NCBI RefSeq assembly: GCF_001194135.2 | Contig: NC_068995.1 | Location: 11,307,595 to 11,345,127 of the forward strand | Length of the DNA: 37,533 nucleotides | Direction of reading: 5' to 3' | Source: Octopus bimaculoides | Lineage: Eukaryota | Shown here: positions 11,182 to 23,452 of the stretch, one piece after another | How the letters are laid out: each line of letters begins with the position of its first letter | How positions within the stretch are numbered: the stretch's first letter is position 1 | Made by a program: the position numbers and the translations under genes | The notes under the pieces: model-generated | What the model was told of the DNA's origin: nothing | Databases searched by the model: none | Seen by the model: the letters and a program-made list of their open reading frames with translations, nothing else

Positions 11182-11770
11182 GTTGTTGTTGTTGTTGTTG
11201 TTATTATTCGGTCGGTGAGCCGGCTGAGTCGTTGGTAGCCGGGAAAAATGCTTATCGGCATATCTTCCGGTCCTTTACAGTTTTGAGCTCAAATTCCAAT
11301 GGGGTTGACTTTGCCCTTCAACCTATCGCTAGCGATAAAATAAGTACCAGTCATGCAGTGGAGTCGATGTAATCGAGTAACCTTCTTCCCCTTCCCAATT
11401 TGGACCTGTATGCTTATATTAACGGATGATAGGATTAAAGGTTATTGCTGTTATTTGTTTTATTATAGTCAGGGCGGTGAGCTGGCGCAATTGTCAGAGT
11501 ATTGGAAAAAAAGCTTTGCAATGTTTGTTCCGATTCTTTACATTCAGAGTTCAAATCCAATCGACTTACACATTCTCTTAAAGATTGCTGGCCTTGTGTC
11601 AAAATTAGGAAGGTGGCTGTATGTTGCCTGAATTGTTTTGCGTGTCGAAAAAAATGCTTAGCGGCATTTCTTCCGCTTCTTTATATTCTGAGAATGAATT
11701 CCAACTGGGTCGACTTTGATTTTCATTCTTTCGGTGGTGGTGGTGCGGGTGTCGAATACATAAAGTATTC
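10915..11770 (+). mobile_element. Head-to-tail array of four family B SINEs (about 10915-11127, 11210-11425, 11472-11612, 11640-11770)
   Basis: Repeated motifs AAATGCTTAGCG, GAGTTCAAAT(T)CC, GTCGACTTTG and GCCTTGTG; (ATT)n(GTT)n between the first two copies. Confidence 0.85.
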
Positions 11771-12316
11771 GCTGTAACCGACCTGCATCCTCCTCTTGTA
11801 AATATTGGCCCTGTACTAAAATGTGAAACCATTGTTATTGTTACAAAACGGAAAGAAACATTAAACACTTCCAAGTATTTTTTTCGTGGCCTTTAACAAA
11901 TTAACTTCAAATCTAGGTGGGATTAAATTTGATTATTATCCTTGAAGAGGGGACGTAATATACTGTCAATCAAGTACTGGGGTTACTTTAAATTTTTATA
12001 CTCTTCCTTCACCGAAATGCTTTGACCTTGTGCTAATCTAGGAATCCATTGTTGGTGAGCTGGCAGAATCATTATAGCGTCAGAAATAATGTTTTGATGT
12101 ATTTCTTCCGGTTCTTTACGTCCTGTACTCACACACACACACGCACACACACACACACGCACGCACACACACACACACACACACACACAGATACACACAC
12201 ACACACACGCATACACACATGTACATATATATATATATACATATACACACACACGTAAATGCAAGTGGTCTCTTTGTGTTCTCTTTCTCTAGTAAGGAAT
12301 ATGGATGACACAATGA

Positions 12317-12487
12317 TTTCTACTACAGTCACAAGGCCTCAAATTTGGTAGAGAGGTGCACTACTGATACTTTATTTTATCGACTCCCAAAGGATGACAG
12401 GCAAAATTGATCTCGGTTGAATTTGAACACTGAACGTAAAAGTGGTCAAAACACTGCTAAGGTGTCTTGCACGACAAGAGAGCGATT
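12317..12487 (-). mobile_element. Degenerate SINE family B
   Basis: TTTCTACTACAGTCACAAGGCC...TTTATCGACTCCCAAAGGATGACAGGCAAAATTGATCTCGG..GAATTTGAAC. Confidence 0.75.
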
Positions 12488-12635
12488 GTACACCCGGGTG
12501 GACCTCGTTGTTATACAAATACTATTATAAAGATTAGGATAAAATGGAATCGAAACTAGAGAACTGCAATGGAATGCTATTACGGAAATGATCCTTGCAA
12601 AATAGGATGCTGTAAAATAATGTTTAAAATTTGGA

Positions 12636-13411
12636 CAGAGAAGGATATCTTGAAACAAAATTAAATGATAGAAAGATCATTTAACCATAAATACATGGGC
12701 CATGCCCGTATTGAGTTACTCTGCTCTCTTTCTGAAATGGACAAATGTTGAGCTATACAGAACGTGGATAGAATAACTAGAAAGCGGCTCACGATGCACA
12801 ACTTACTCCACCCTAAAAAAGATACTGACCAACTTTACCTGCGAAGAAAGAAAAGTGGCTGAGGATTGCTAAACGTAGAAGACACTAGAAAATATTGCGA
12901 TGCTGGGCCTGAAAATTTATGTTGTGCAGAGTAAAGAAGGGAAACTATCGGCAGCCTGAGATACCGGAAAAATGACCGAAACAATTGGAGAAATGAAAGT
13001 GAAAAGATAGAAGATCCCAGCATACAACTGAAAGAAATGGAACTACATGACCAATTCGGAGTGAAGATCGCTTGCGCTCGTTGGCGGACGGGAACTTGAG
13101 ACGAGACAAGGAAAAGCTAATTGTAGCGGCCCAGGAACAAGCTCTTAGGACAAACCTGATAAAGGCAAAGATCGACAAAACTAAGTCAGACAGCAAATGT
13201 AGAATCTAGAGGAAAGGAGACGAAAGTATTAACCACCTTTTTAGTGAGTGCAGTATACTAGCACAAAAGGAATATAAACGCAGACATGACTGTGTGGACA
13301 AAAGATTGCATGGGGATGTTAGCTGAGTGTGGCTTCGAAACAACAGAAAAGCGGTATGAAGACGAAGCAGAAGCTGTAATAGAACATGAAAATTACAAGA
13401 TCTTGTGGGAT
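12636..13411 (+). pseudogene. Dead R4/Dong-clade retrotransposon ORF fragment: post-RT region, CCHC knuckle and start of the RLE region
   Basis: With frameshifts and stops it reads INTWAMPVLSYS, DRITRKRLTMHNLLHPKKDTDQLYLRRKKSG*GLLNVED, KEMELHDQF, GNLRRDKEKLIVAAQEQALRTNLIKAKIDKTKSDSKCRI*RKGDESINHLFSECSILAQKEYKRRHD, and ENYKILWD. Confidence 0.9.
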
Positions 13412-13450
13412 TAACCATAGATGGTGATGATGATGATGATGATGACGATG

Positions 13451-13512
<62 letters not shown>

Positions 13513-13577
13513 GATTTAACAACAACAACAACAGTAACAACAGCAACAACTACTACAATAATAATAATAATAATGAT

Positions 13578-13711
13578 ACTTTCTATAATAGGCACAAATC
13601 ATGAAATCTAAAGGGAGGGGGTATAGTCGATGAGATCGATCCCAGTATGCAACTGGTACTGAATTTATCGACCCCGAAAGGATGAAAGGCAAAGTCGATC
13701 TCGGATGAATT

Positions 13712-13715
<4 letters not shown>
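13578..13715 (-). mobile_element. 5'-truncated SINE family B with (AAT)n arrays on both sides
   Basis: CTTTCTATAATAGGCACAA...TTTATCGACCCCGAAAGGATGAAAGGCAAAGTCGATCTCGG..GAATTTGAA; (AAT)n at about 13451-13574 and 13714-13811. Confidence 0.88.
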
Positions 13716-13810
<95 letters not shown>

Positions 13811-14242
13811 GGTAGTCATGATGGGCATATTGGGCTTCGTTTATTTTCCCCCAGTTTCACTTTGATGATATGCGCTGCTCTTTCACTCAATGATAACAAT
13901 AATAACTGACGTTTTTTTTTTTTGCCCCCAAGAGACTTGCGAGGCAGACAGAGAGAGAAGAAAAAAACTAGGGATGTAAGCAACAGCTTTAGGCTTTGTA
14001 AACCGGTATAGAATTCCCAGTAAACATCAATAACCTTACCTTAACCGCAGTAGATTACACAAAACAACATCGAAATAAAGAATAAAATGACTCCACTATC
14101 GCTTGATTTAAACTTGTGTCTTCGGGCCTTTGAAATTCCAATAAGTTGTCTAAATTATATTTCTAATTTCATTTTTGTGTCTACTTTTATTCATTTTCTA
14201 AACATACTGATTATTTATTCATTTACTTATTTATTTATTCAT

Positions 14243-14273
<31 letters not shown>

Positions 14274-14638
14274 TATATTACATTGTTTGTTTATCGTAAA
14301 TTAGTTTTGTTTCTTAGTAATTATTTTCGCTTTCTATACATCAAACATTACAATCTAGAAATTCATTTTGTGAATCAATGTAAAAGTTCTTTCTCTCTCT
14401 CTATCTTTCTCTCTCTCTCTCTCTTTTTCTCTCTCTCTCTTTCTCTCATTCTCTCCGCTTCTCTTTGTCTCTTTTCCTTCTTTCTCTCATGCATAGTCAC
14501 ACACCCACACCCACACACGAGCTCTTATGTGTGTGTATGTGTGGCTCTATGTAGAGAAATTTACGTTGATTTCATATACATCTATATCTACATATGCCCT
14601 CCGCCCATATATATACATACATACATACACACATACAT

Positions 14639-14672
<34 letters not shown>

Positions 14673-15343
14673 NNNNNNNNNNNNNNNNNNNNNNNNNNNN
14701 NNNNNNNNNNNNNNNNNNNNNNNNNNNNNNNNNNNNNNNNNNNNNNNNNNNNNNNNNNNNNNNNNNNNNNNNNNNNNNNNNNNNNNNNNNNNNNNNNNNN
14801 NNNNNNNNNNNNNNNNNNNNNNNNNNNNNNNNNNNNNNNNNNNNNNNNNNNNNNNNNNNNNNNNNNNNNNNNNNNNNNNNNNNNNNNNNNNNNNNNNNNN
14901 NNNNNNNNNNNNNNNNNNNNNNNNNNNNNNNNNNNNNNNNNNNNNNNNNNNNNNNNNNNNNNNNNNNNNNNNNNNNNNNNNNNNNNNNNNNNNNNNNNNN
15001 NNNNNNNNNNNNNNNNNNNNNNNNNNNNNNNNNNNNNNNNNNNNNNNNNNNNNNNNNNNNNNNNNNNNNNNNNNNNNNNNNNNNNNNNNNNNNNNNNNNN
15101 NNNNNNNNNNNNNNNNNNNNNNNNNNNNNNNNNNNNNNNNNNNNNNNNNNNNNNNNNNNNNNNNNNNNNNNNNNNNNNNNNNNNNNNNNNNNNNNNNNNN
15201 NNNNGTATAGTTATATATGTATATACTTATGTACACACACACACACAAATGCATACTTATATTTATATAACGTATATGTGTATATACATTAAATATGTAT
15301 ATATACGTGCGTGTGTGTGTCCGCGCGCGTGTATGTCTGTATG

Positions 15344-15374
<31 letters not shown>

Positions 15375-16749
15375 ACATTGGTAATTGTTAAAAATATTAA
15401 AAAGAAAAGAGACAAAGAATCTATTCTGAAGTAGTTTATTTATCATTATAGTTTTACATCTGAAATTAGAAATAAAAATAAAAGGAAAGAGAGACAAAAA
15501 CAAAAAAAAAAAAAACAGATCGTATTTTCTTCCTCTCTTTCTTCTTGTTTTTTTTTTGCGCTGGGTCACTTAAGATGAAAGCAGTACAACTGAAGAGAGG
15601 CTATTGTCTGATATTTTTAGTTTACGAAGATAAATGAAAATATTGAGAATGAAATATCACAAAAAAATAAAAATTAAACAAAATAAAATGAGAAAAAAAA
15701 TCGAAAAAATTCGTATATAACAGCTGTCTTGGAATTCGCACTGCCTGCTCAACCTTGAAAACATGATAAAATGAAATAAAAATAAAATCTAATGATATTT
15801 CTATAATTATGGAGGCTGTTCTTTAAAAATAACATATTGACACTATTGTATTCTGTGCTTTTGAAGAAGCTGTTCCTTTTGGCAACATTTCAAGAATGCA
15901 TTTTTATTTTGTCTTTCAAGATGGATTCATTGTTTATCTTGAGACTTATAAAAAAGATAAATGAATAAATAAATGAGACATGGTAAGATAAAATAGGGTA
16001 AATTAAATGGGGCAAGTTTCTTATTTCGTTCTTATATTACGTTCTATTTTTTTGCTGTTTTTTTCTACAGTCGATGTAGCATTTACCCTAACGATATATT
16101 TTAGTTGAGGAAATCTTAAGGATTAATGTCAAAGAAGAGATTATACTGTTCTGTCTTGTATTATTCTATTAATGGAACCCTCAGAAAGGGTAACATGCAA
16201 CACCCGTTTTTCATGCCCTTCAAGAATCAGAGAAGTTATTTTCGAGCCGAAGACCGGACCCCAAGTCTTTCAACATGGAGGATTCTGTTAAAGACACCCA
16301 GTGCCCAAGAAATGATGATAAAATGGGAAAGAACTGCAACTATCATCACGATGGCGTTTACATAAATTTTCCGCCTCCAGAATTTCGTCTTATTCTTAAC
16401 TCTTTCTTAAGCTGTCGTCCTAAATTACAATTTTCCAACACTTCGGCTGCTGACCTTAATCTATTTGTGACGCAAGTAACATCTATGTGTGATGTAAGCA
16501 ACATCTGACTAATCTTTAAGAATATTTGGCTGTGAAATATATCCCAGAGCTGACTGCTCTGTGTACAGTTAGTCACGTGAGAGGCGACTTGCAATATAAT
16601 ATTAAATTACTGAGATTTCTTTAAGAGTCACGAGAAAGTTTTATTTTTAAAGGACTGTGCAGTCATTGTGAAAATTTTAGAAAACTGCTTTGGATATTTG
16701 CATTTCACTAAAATATAATCCCTATAACATATATTTAGAAACGTTTAAT

Positions 16750-17078
16750 CGATGGCTCAGTGGTTAGAAAGCCGGGCTTACAATCATGAGGTACTGAGTT
16801 CGATTCCCGGGCCGGGATGTATGTTGTCTTCTTGAGCAAGACACTTTATTTCAGGTTGTTTCTGTTCGCTCATCTGTAAAAATGAGTTGCAATGTCACTG
16901 GCGCCAAGCTATATTTGCTTTTCCCTTGGATAACATTAGTGGCTTGCAGAGGAGAGGCTGGTATGCATGGGTGGCTGTTGGTCTTCCAGAAACAACCTTG
17001 CCTGAACTTGTGCCTCGGATAGGAACTTTCTAGATTCAACCGCATGGTCATTTGTGACCAAAGGCGGTCTTTATCCCA
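16750..17078 (+). mobile_element. tRNA-derived SINE, family C (CORE-like)
   Basis: A box TGGCTCAGTGG, B box GAGTTCGATTCCC; CTTGAGCAAGACACTT...CTCATCTGTAAAAATG resembles the CORE/MIR motif CTTGGGCAAGTCACTT...CTCATCTGTAAAATG. Confidence 0.85.
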
Positions 17079-17105
17079 TATTTGATATCGACTACGTACA
17101 CAGCA

Positions 17106-17354
17106 GGTATTTGCCAACTTAATGTGGCAGTCTCATGAAAGGGAAGAATGCTACTGCTATTTAGACTTAGGAAACACCGTTTCCATTTGGCCATGACACA
17201 TTTTCTGTGTCCTTATGTGCTTATCTCCCATCTTTGAACACACAAAGACACAGAAAATGTGTCATGGCCAACTGGAAACGGTGTTTTCTAGGGCTAAATA
17301 GCAGTAGCATTCTTCCCTTTCATGGGATTGCCACATTATGTTGGTAATATACCA
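17106..17354. repeat. Long inverted repeat (fold-back, probable MITE)
   Basis: 17120-17211 versus the reverse complement of 17247-17338 gives 86/92 identity with no gaps; looser pairing continues inward and outward. Confidence 0.95.
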
Positions 17355-17814
17355 TCAGATAATATTCTGCTTTGAATGTTGTTTGAAAGTATTTTACAAT
17401 ACCATTACTGCATTTGTTATCGGCCACTTATGCGTCGCATGCTTAGACGTTACATAGCAAACAGGCCAAGAAGCAAACCAACGAAAGGAATGAAATATAC
17501 CGCAAGCATACACGATGAAATATCTGAGACAGACGATATCACCAAAAAAAAAAAAGACAGGAACATGAAAACCTTAATCCAAGAGAAGGCTACGTTTCCT
17601 AATGTGGAATGTATATTGGTACAACGAAACATGTGCTAGTACAGACGTGTCTGAAAAATACAGGCAATTCTGTTACTAGCTAGAGTCTTTTCTCGAGCCA
17701 TGCCGTTCGTAAGTGTCAGAGATCACAACCTTTCACTGAACGAGAAGCTGCTTCGTTGCAGCCTCCAAAACCACCAATTTTGAAGGGTAACGGAAGGGAT
17801 AAACCAGTTTCATG

Positions 17815-17945
17815 AACCCCAGTACTTAAATATTTCAACGACCCCGAAAGGATGGAATCAAAGCTGACTTCGATAGCATTTGAACTTCAAAAGGTAAAAA
17901 GCCAGAAGAAATGCTGCTTAGCCTTTTGATAGGTTTATTAGCGAT
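17815..17945 (-). mobile_element. Degenerate SINE family B fragment
   Basis: CGACCCCGAAAGGATGGAATCAAAGCTGACTTCG..ATTTGAACT..GAAATGCTGCTTAGC. Confidence 0.7.
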
Positions 17946-19315
17946 TCCTGTCAGTCCACAGACTTTCACGGTAGGATAGTGGTACAATAAATCAGGATGT
18001 GCCTCAACTGAGATGCAACGATGTGGTTAAACGATATGTTTAAACATGCTTTGAGGAGAGAGAACATTGATATCTACAAGTGCTTATAGTAGCGCAGGAT
18101 AGAAAAGCCATATAGGAAATCAGTCCACTAACGATAATACGAGAGGAGACTCCCAATATGGCCTGTCATCGTTGATATCGACTGAAAGCCTGAGGTGATG
18201 ATACGATATTTGTTATCGACTACAGACTGGAGAAAGATAAATGCACACCTCGCAGGGTAATAAATGAATAAATATTAAAATGTATTTATTTCGATGTTCT
18301 CTCATTTCAGCTAATTTACCTTCCAACCTAATTGTAAAACATATAATCTTCAAATTGTGTGACTTGCCACCGAGAAACGATGCAATTCCATCAATATCCC
18401 TATTGAATGCCTGGCTACGAAGATGTGGATGTAAGCAACAACTACTCATTTCTCATTTGTTTTTCCTGGAATCCATTGATAGTCAGGATACTGTAGAGAG
18501 CATGTTGACGTTATTATTGCACATCTTGTAGCTATGTAACTAAAATCACATCACAGCAACGTGTCCATATATAGGCATGTCAAAGCGTATGAATAAAATA
18601 GACATTTTGATACATGTTAATATATATTGATATATTCTAGGGTATAAATTTGTCTTAATTTCGCTCATGTCTTCCTCTCTTATGTACACACATATACACA
18701 TTCCCTTTTTCTCTCTCTCAATCTATCTTTGTATCTCTGTCTCCCTACTTGCTTGTTCGTCCGAATGACGTTTCCGTTTTCGTGCTTGTTCTTCTTAATT
18801 TTTAGGGTTATAATAATTGGCCATTTTTGTCATAGCTGAGACGACTAATTCCATTAATGAGGTGAAGCTTACAGTTCAACTGACAAGTAAAATGAACTGA
18901 ATCGAAGATAATAAGTGGTTGGACATTCGTTAGTTTGGCGGCGGAATTATCAAGAACGTATAAAATGCACGAAGCATGAATTATAATCAGTCAACAGATA
19001 TACTTTTCAATGATTTGAGTGGCATATTTATATCGCCATCCATGTTCATATACCAGAGGAATTGATTAGTCACATGAAAGCCGAGTTTCATGAAAAATAT
19101 GTTTTTGGTGGCGTCGTATTTAATCGATTTTCCCATGGGACAAACTTATATAAATCTCTTCTACCCATGCATAAAGACAGCCCAGGTCTTGCAGATAAAA
19201 TTGGGTAGAGGAAAGCCTGTTAGGAACACATTAGAAGGACTATATCTGTAACTGAACTCTCGAGCCGTGTCAAAGAGTGGCACGTTTATTGTCTTAGAAT
19301 ATTACTCATACGCGT

Positions 19316-19643
19316 AAGTCGGCAAGTTGGGGGCATCGTTAGCGCGTCGAATAAAAATATTTTGAGGTATTTCTTCCGGTTCTCGTTCTGAGGTCAAACT
19401 CCAGAGGCAATTTTTTTCTTCTTTTTGCTGTTCACCCTTTCAGGGTCGATAAAATGGCATTGTGTCAAAACTTGAAACCGATATTTTATAGACAGAGATG
19501 AAGTCAGTGAATTGGCAGAATCATTAGCGCATCGAACAAAAAGTTTTTAGCGGCATTTCTTCTTGCTATTTACATTTTGATTTCGAATACTTCCGAGATC
19601 GACTCAATATTCTATCCTTTGAGAGTTGATAAAAATAAATACC
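19316..19643 (+). mobile_element. Two tandem degenerate family B SINEs (about 19316-19490 and 19501-19643)
   Basis: Both carry (ATC)GTTAGCGC.TCGAA..AAA and ATTTCTTC motifs, then CTTT.(A/G)GGGTCGATAAAA-like segments; the second runs into a gap. Confidence 0.75.
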
Positions 19644-20334
19644 NNNNNNNNNNNNNNNNNNNNNNNNNNNNNNNNNNNNNNNNNNNNNNNNNNNNNNNNN
19701 NNNNNNNNNNNNNNNNNNNNNNNNNNNNNNNNNNNNNNNNNNNTTAAATTCGGCTAATTGGTGGTGAGGTGGGGGGGGGGATCCCCTCCAAGCAGTTAAT
19801 GTGGCTTCACACTCCAATCTCTCTGGAAAACAGTTAAATGAGACATTTCTATTAAAGTATGATATTTCAAACACCATCAGCTACATACAGACAAATTCGT
19901 GCAAAGAAGGGTGCCTCTATGTGGTAGCTAGATCTACTAAAAATAACAGCTATGTCTGAAATAAAATGCTCAGAGGATAATGAATGAAATGTATTTTATC
20001 ATAAGTTTTTTTGACCGGTCTGACATCTTCCATAGACCTTAAAAATGTTTTACTTAACATAGTCAAGACCATGCTAGAGTATCGCCATCAGATCCGTTAT
20101 CCATTCTCCTGGTGACGACTAAAATATATTACAGCATTGTAATAGGCCATTTTACAGAACAACAAGCCATCGCTCGCAAATGAATATTATTTGTAAGGTG
20201 CTATGCTTTCGGTAATTGTTTCAAACGCCTAGGTATTTAGGCGCTATTATAAACACACACTTTACTAAATCCATATTAACGCTTGGCTATCTTGGAAACT
20301 GTGTAATTCCGAGTTTTATTATACATGAACACAA

Positions 20335-20527
20335 TGAAGACGGTGAATGAAATGTTTAGCTGTATTTCGTTCGTCTTTACGTTCTGAGTTCAAATTCCGC
20401 CGAGGTCGACTTTGCCTTTCTTCCTTTCGAGGGATCAATCAAATAACTACCAGTTACGCCCTGGAATCGATGTAATGGACTTAGCCCCTCCCTATAAATT
20501 TCAGGCCTTGTGCCTATAGTAGAAAGG
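20335..20527 (+). mobile_element. SINE family B flanked by a 17-bp direct repeat
   Basis: ATTATACATGAACACAA at 20318-20334 and 20528-20544; body GTTCTGAGTTCAAATTCCGCCGAGGTCGACTTTGCC; tail GCCTTGTGCCTATAGTAGAAAGG. Confidence 0.9.
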
Positions 20528-20544
20528 ATTATACATGAACACAA

Positions 20545-21200
20545 GGCGGTGTGTTGGCAGAATCGTTACAGCACCTGACAAAATACTTAGCCTCATTCCT
20601 TCTGGCCTTACGTTCCGAGTTCAAATGCCGTTAGGGTCGACTTTACCTTCCATTCATTTCAGTGTTGATAAAGTATGTACCAGTGAAACACTAGAGTCGA
20701 TGTAACCGAGTTACCCGTTGCCCCATATTTCGGGCCTTGTGCCTATAGCAGAAATAATCACACGCTAGTCCAAGGTGGATTACGCTAGCCCAAAGGGATT
20801 AAGTCGATTATATCGACCCCAGTGCGTAACTGGTACTTAATTTATCGACCCAGTAAGGATGAAAGGCAAAGTCGACCTCGGCGGAATTTGAACTCAGAAC
20901 ATAAACACGGACCTAATACTGCTAAGCATTTTGCCCAGCATGCTAACGTTTCTGCCAGCTCGCCACCTTATGACAAACAGATAATGCATTAACAGAATCG
21001 TTAGAACTTCGCAAATAATGCATTGTGTCATTTCTTCCGACTCGCTACGTTGTAAGTTCAATTTCCTCCGATGTCAGCTTTGCTTTTCATCACTCCGGGG
21101 TTGTTAAAATAAAATACCAGTCAATTACCGAGGTCGATGTCGGTACCGACTAATCGGCTTCAGGCAAGTTTCCTGGCCTTGAGTCGAGATTAGAAACCAT
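20545..21200. mobile_element. Three more family B SINEs: 20545-20758 (+), 20791-20969 (-), about 20988-21200 (+)
   Basis: Heads GGCGGTGTGTTGGCAGAATCG, CTGCCAGCTCGCCACC (reverse) and CAGAATCGTTAG; shared bodies. Confidence 0.85.
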
Positions 21201-21201
21201 T

Positions 21202-21262
<61 letters not shown>

Positions 21263-21764
21263 TAACAAGCTCTGTTTAATGCAGAAATCTCAATCTTTCT
21301 TAACCCTCTTAATGTACACTCACTGCAAACTAATTACTTGTCAAACAGATATCCATTGAATTTTACTGCACCACTTTTAGATCCAGTTATTAAAGCCACA
21401 CGTGTCTCATTATTCATTACACCTGCAGTCAATCAACTCGTATTTCACCCTCTCTCGTTACGTTTTATTCCACATTAACTAGCCCTAACCAGTTTTCTGA
21501 CTCCAGTTAATTCTTCCAGTCCGTGGATGTTGACAACTGTCAAAATGTGACAAATTCTTCGTTCCTTGCAAAAGCAAACAAAATGGTTGGAGCTATAATT
21601 TTTTAGTCATTATCCAGAGATATTGCCTTCTTCAAATGGACCGTAATATTCACAGTAAATACTCGAATTTCTCTTCTCTTTTATTTAATTTAGTTATTCC
21701 AAATGAGTTCTCAAAAATAATTTCCTTTCGGTGTGCTTGATTTTTATTGCAGCTTTGGACAGGA

Positions 21765-21985
21765 TTAGTGGAATAGTAGAAACGTAAGAGCTTCTGACAA
21801 AAATGTCATGTGGAATTTCTTCTGATTCTTCACGCCTGAGTTTAAATCACGTTGAGGTCATCTTGGCTTTTCATCCTTCCAGGGTCGATTAAATAAAACA
21901 CAAGTACTGTACTAGATTCAGTGGTATCGACTATACCCACCTCATCTCAAAACTTCTAATTTTATGCCAAAAAAAAAAAAATGCG
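21765..21985 (+). mobile_element. Old degenerate SINE family B
   Basis: CCTGAGTTTAAATCACGTTGAGGTCATCTTGGCTTTTCATCCTTCCAGGGTCGATTAAATAAAAC. Confidence 0.65.
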
Positions 21986-22056
21986 AAGTGCCGGTAGATG
22001 TGATTAGTATTTGATCTCGGATCTCCAGATTCGCGAGTACTGGAAAGCTTCCACTT

Positions 22057-22662
<606 letters not shown>

Positions 22663-23342
22663 GAGATGATGTAATAATGTCTAGTAATCACATGTAATAG
22701 TATCTTGTCATCGTTGAAGAGTCCAGAAACCTAGATTCACAGAGTGCCATGTCAGCTTATATGAAATCGATGAGTGGTCACGAGTGAGGCTTCTTTTATC
22801 TGTGGATTTCTCTATTTTGCTTTCCTTAGCTGCAAGTTATAATAAATTGATCCTGTGTTTCGTTTGAAGATATTAATGATCAATTTTGCTTTCTTGCAAT
22901 TTAAGCCAACTTATCGGAAAATTTCAAATCTACTAAACACATTTCCCGCCTCAAAGCATTATGTAAGAGCCTGCATGCGCATTTTATGATATGCTGGAAA
23001 TAGTAGCCAAATCTACCTTGTATCTCATCCTACCGTTTTACGAAAATAAACGAAGCACTCGTTAGGCAACGTTGTGTCTAAGAGACTAAGGTGGATGGAT
23101 GTTCACACACAAAAACAAAAAAAATGTCTTCGATGCATAGTTAGAGGGGGTAATCAGTGTTTAAATCTGAAAATATATTTCCAAATCACGACCTAAGAAT
23201 AAGAGAAACCAAAGAGGCTAATGCTGACATTAGTATGTATATATATTCTTACTTCTTATACGGCTTTCAAAACTTTAGTCGAAGAATTCGAGCGCAATAA
23301 TTATTCGAAATCTGGTAGTTTTAAGTCTGTCGAACACAAAAG

Positions 23343-23416
23343 GAAATTACGATGACGTAAACAAACCAACAATGGTTGTTAAGCGGCAGTAAGAGGCAAA
23401 CACAAAGACTCACATA

Positions 23417-23452
<36 letters not shown>

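Noticed and set aside
16050-16410. Strong acceptor at 16070 and a hydrophobic minus-strand frame (RRKIYVNAIVMIVAVLSHFIIISWALGVF)
   Set aside because: The plus frames close quickly; the minus frame has no usable acceptor and matches no protein I recognise.
17990-18115. Possible RTE ORF C-terminus (PQLRCNDVVKR...AQDR)
   Set aside because: Only scattered residues match and there are several stops; too weak to call without a profile search.
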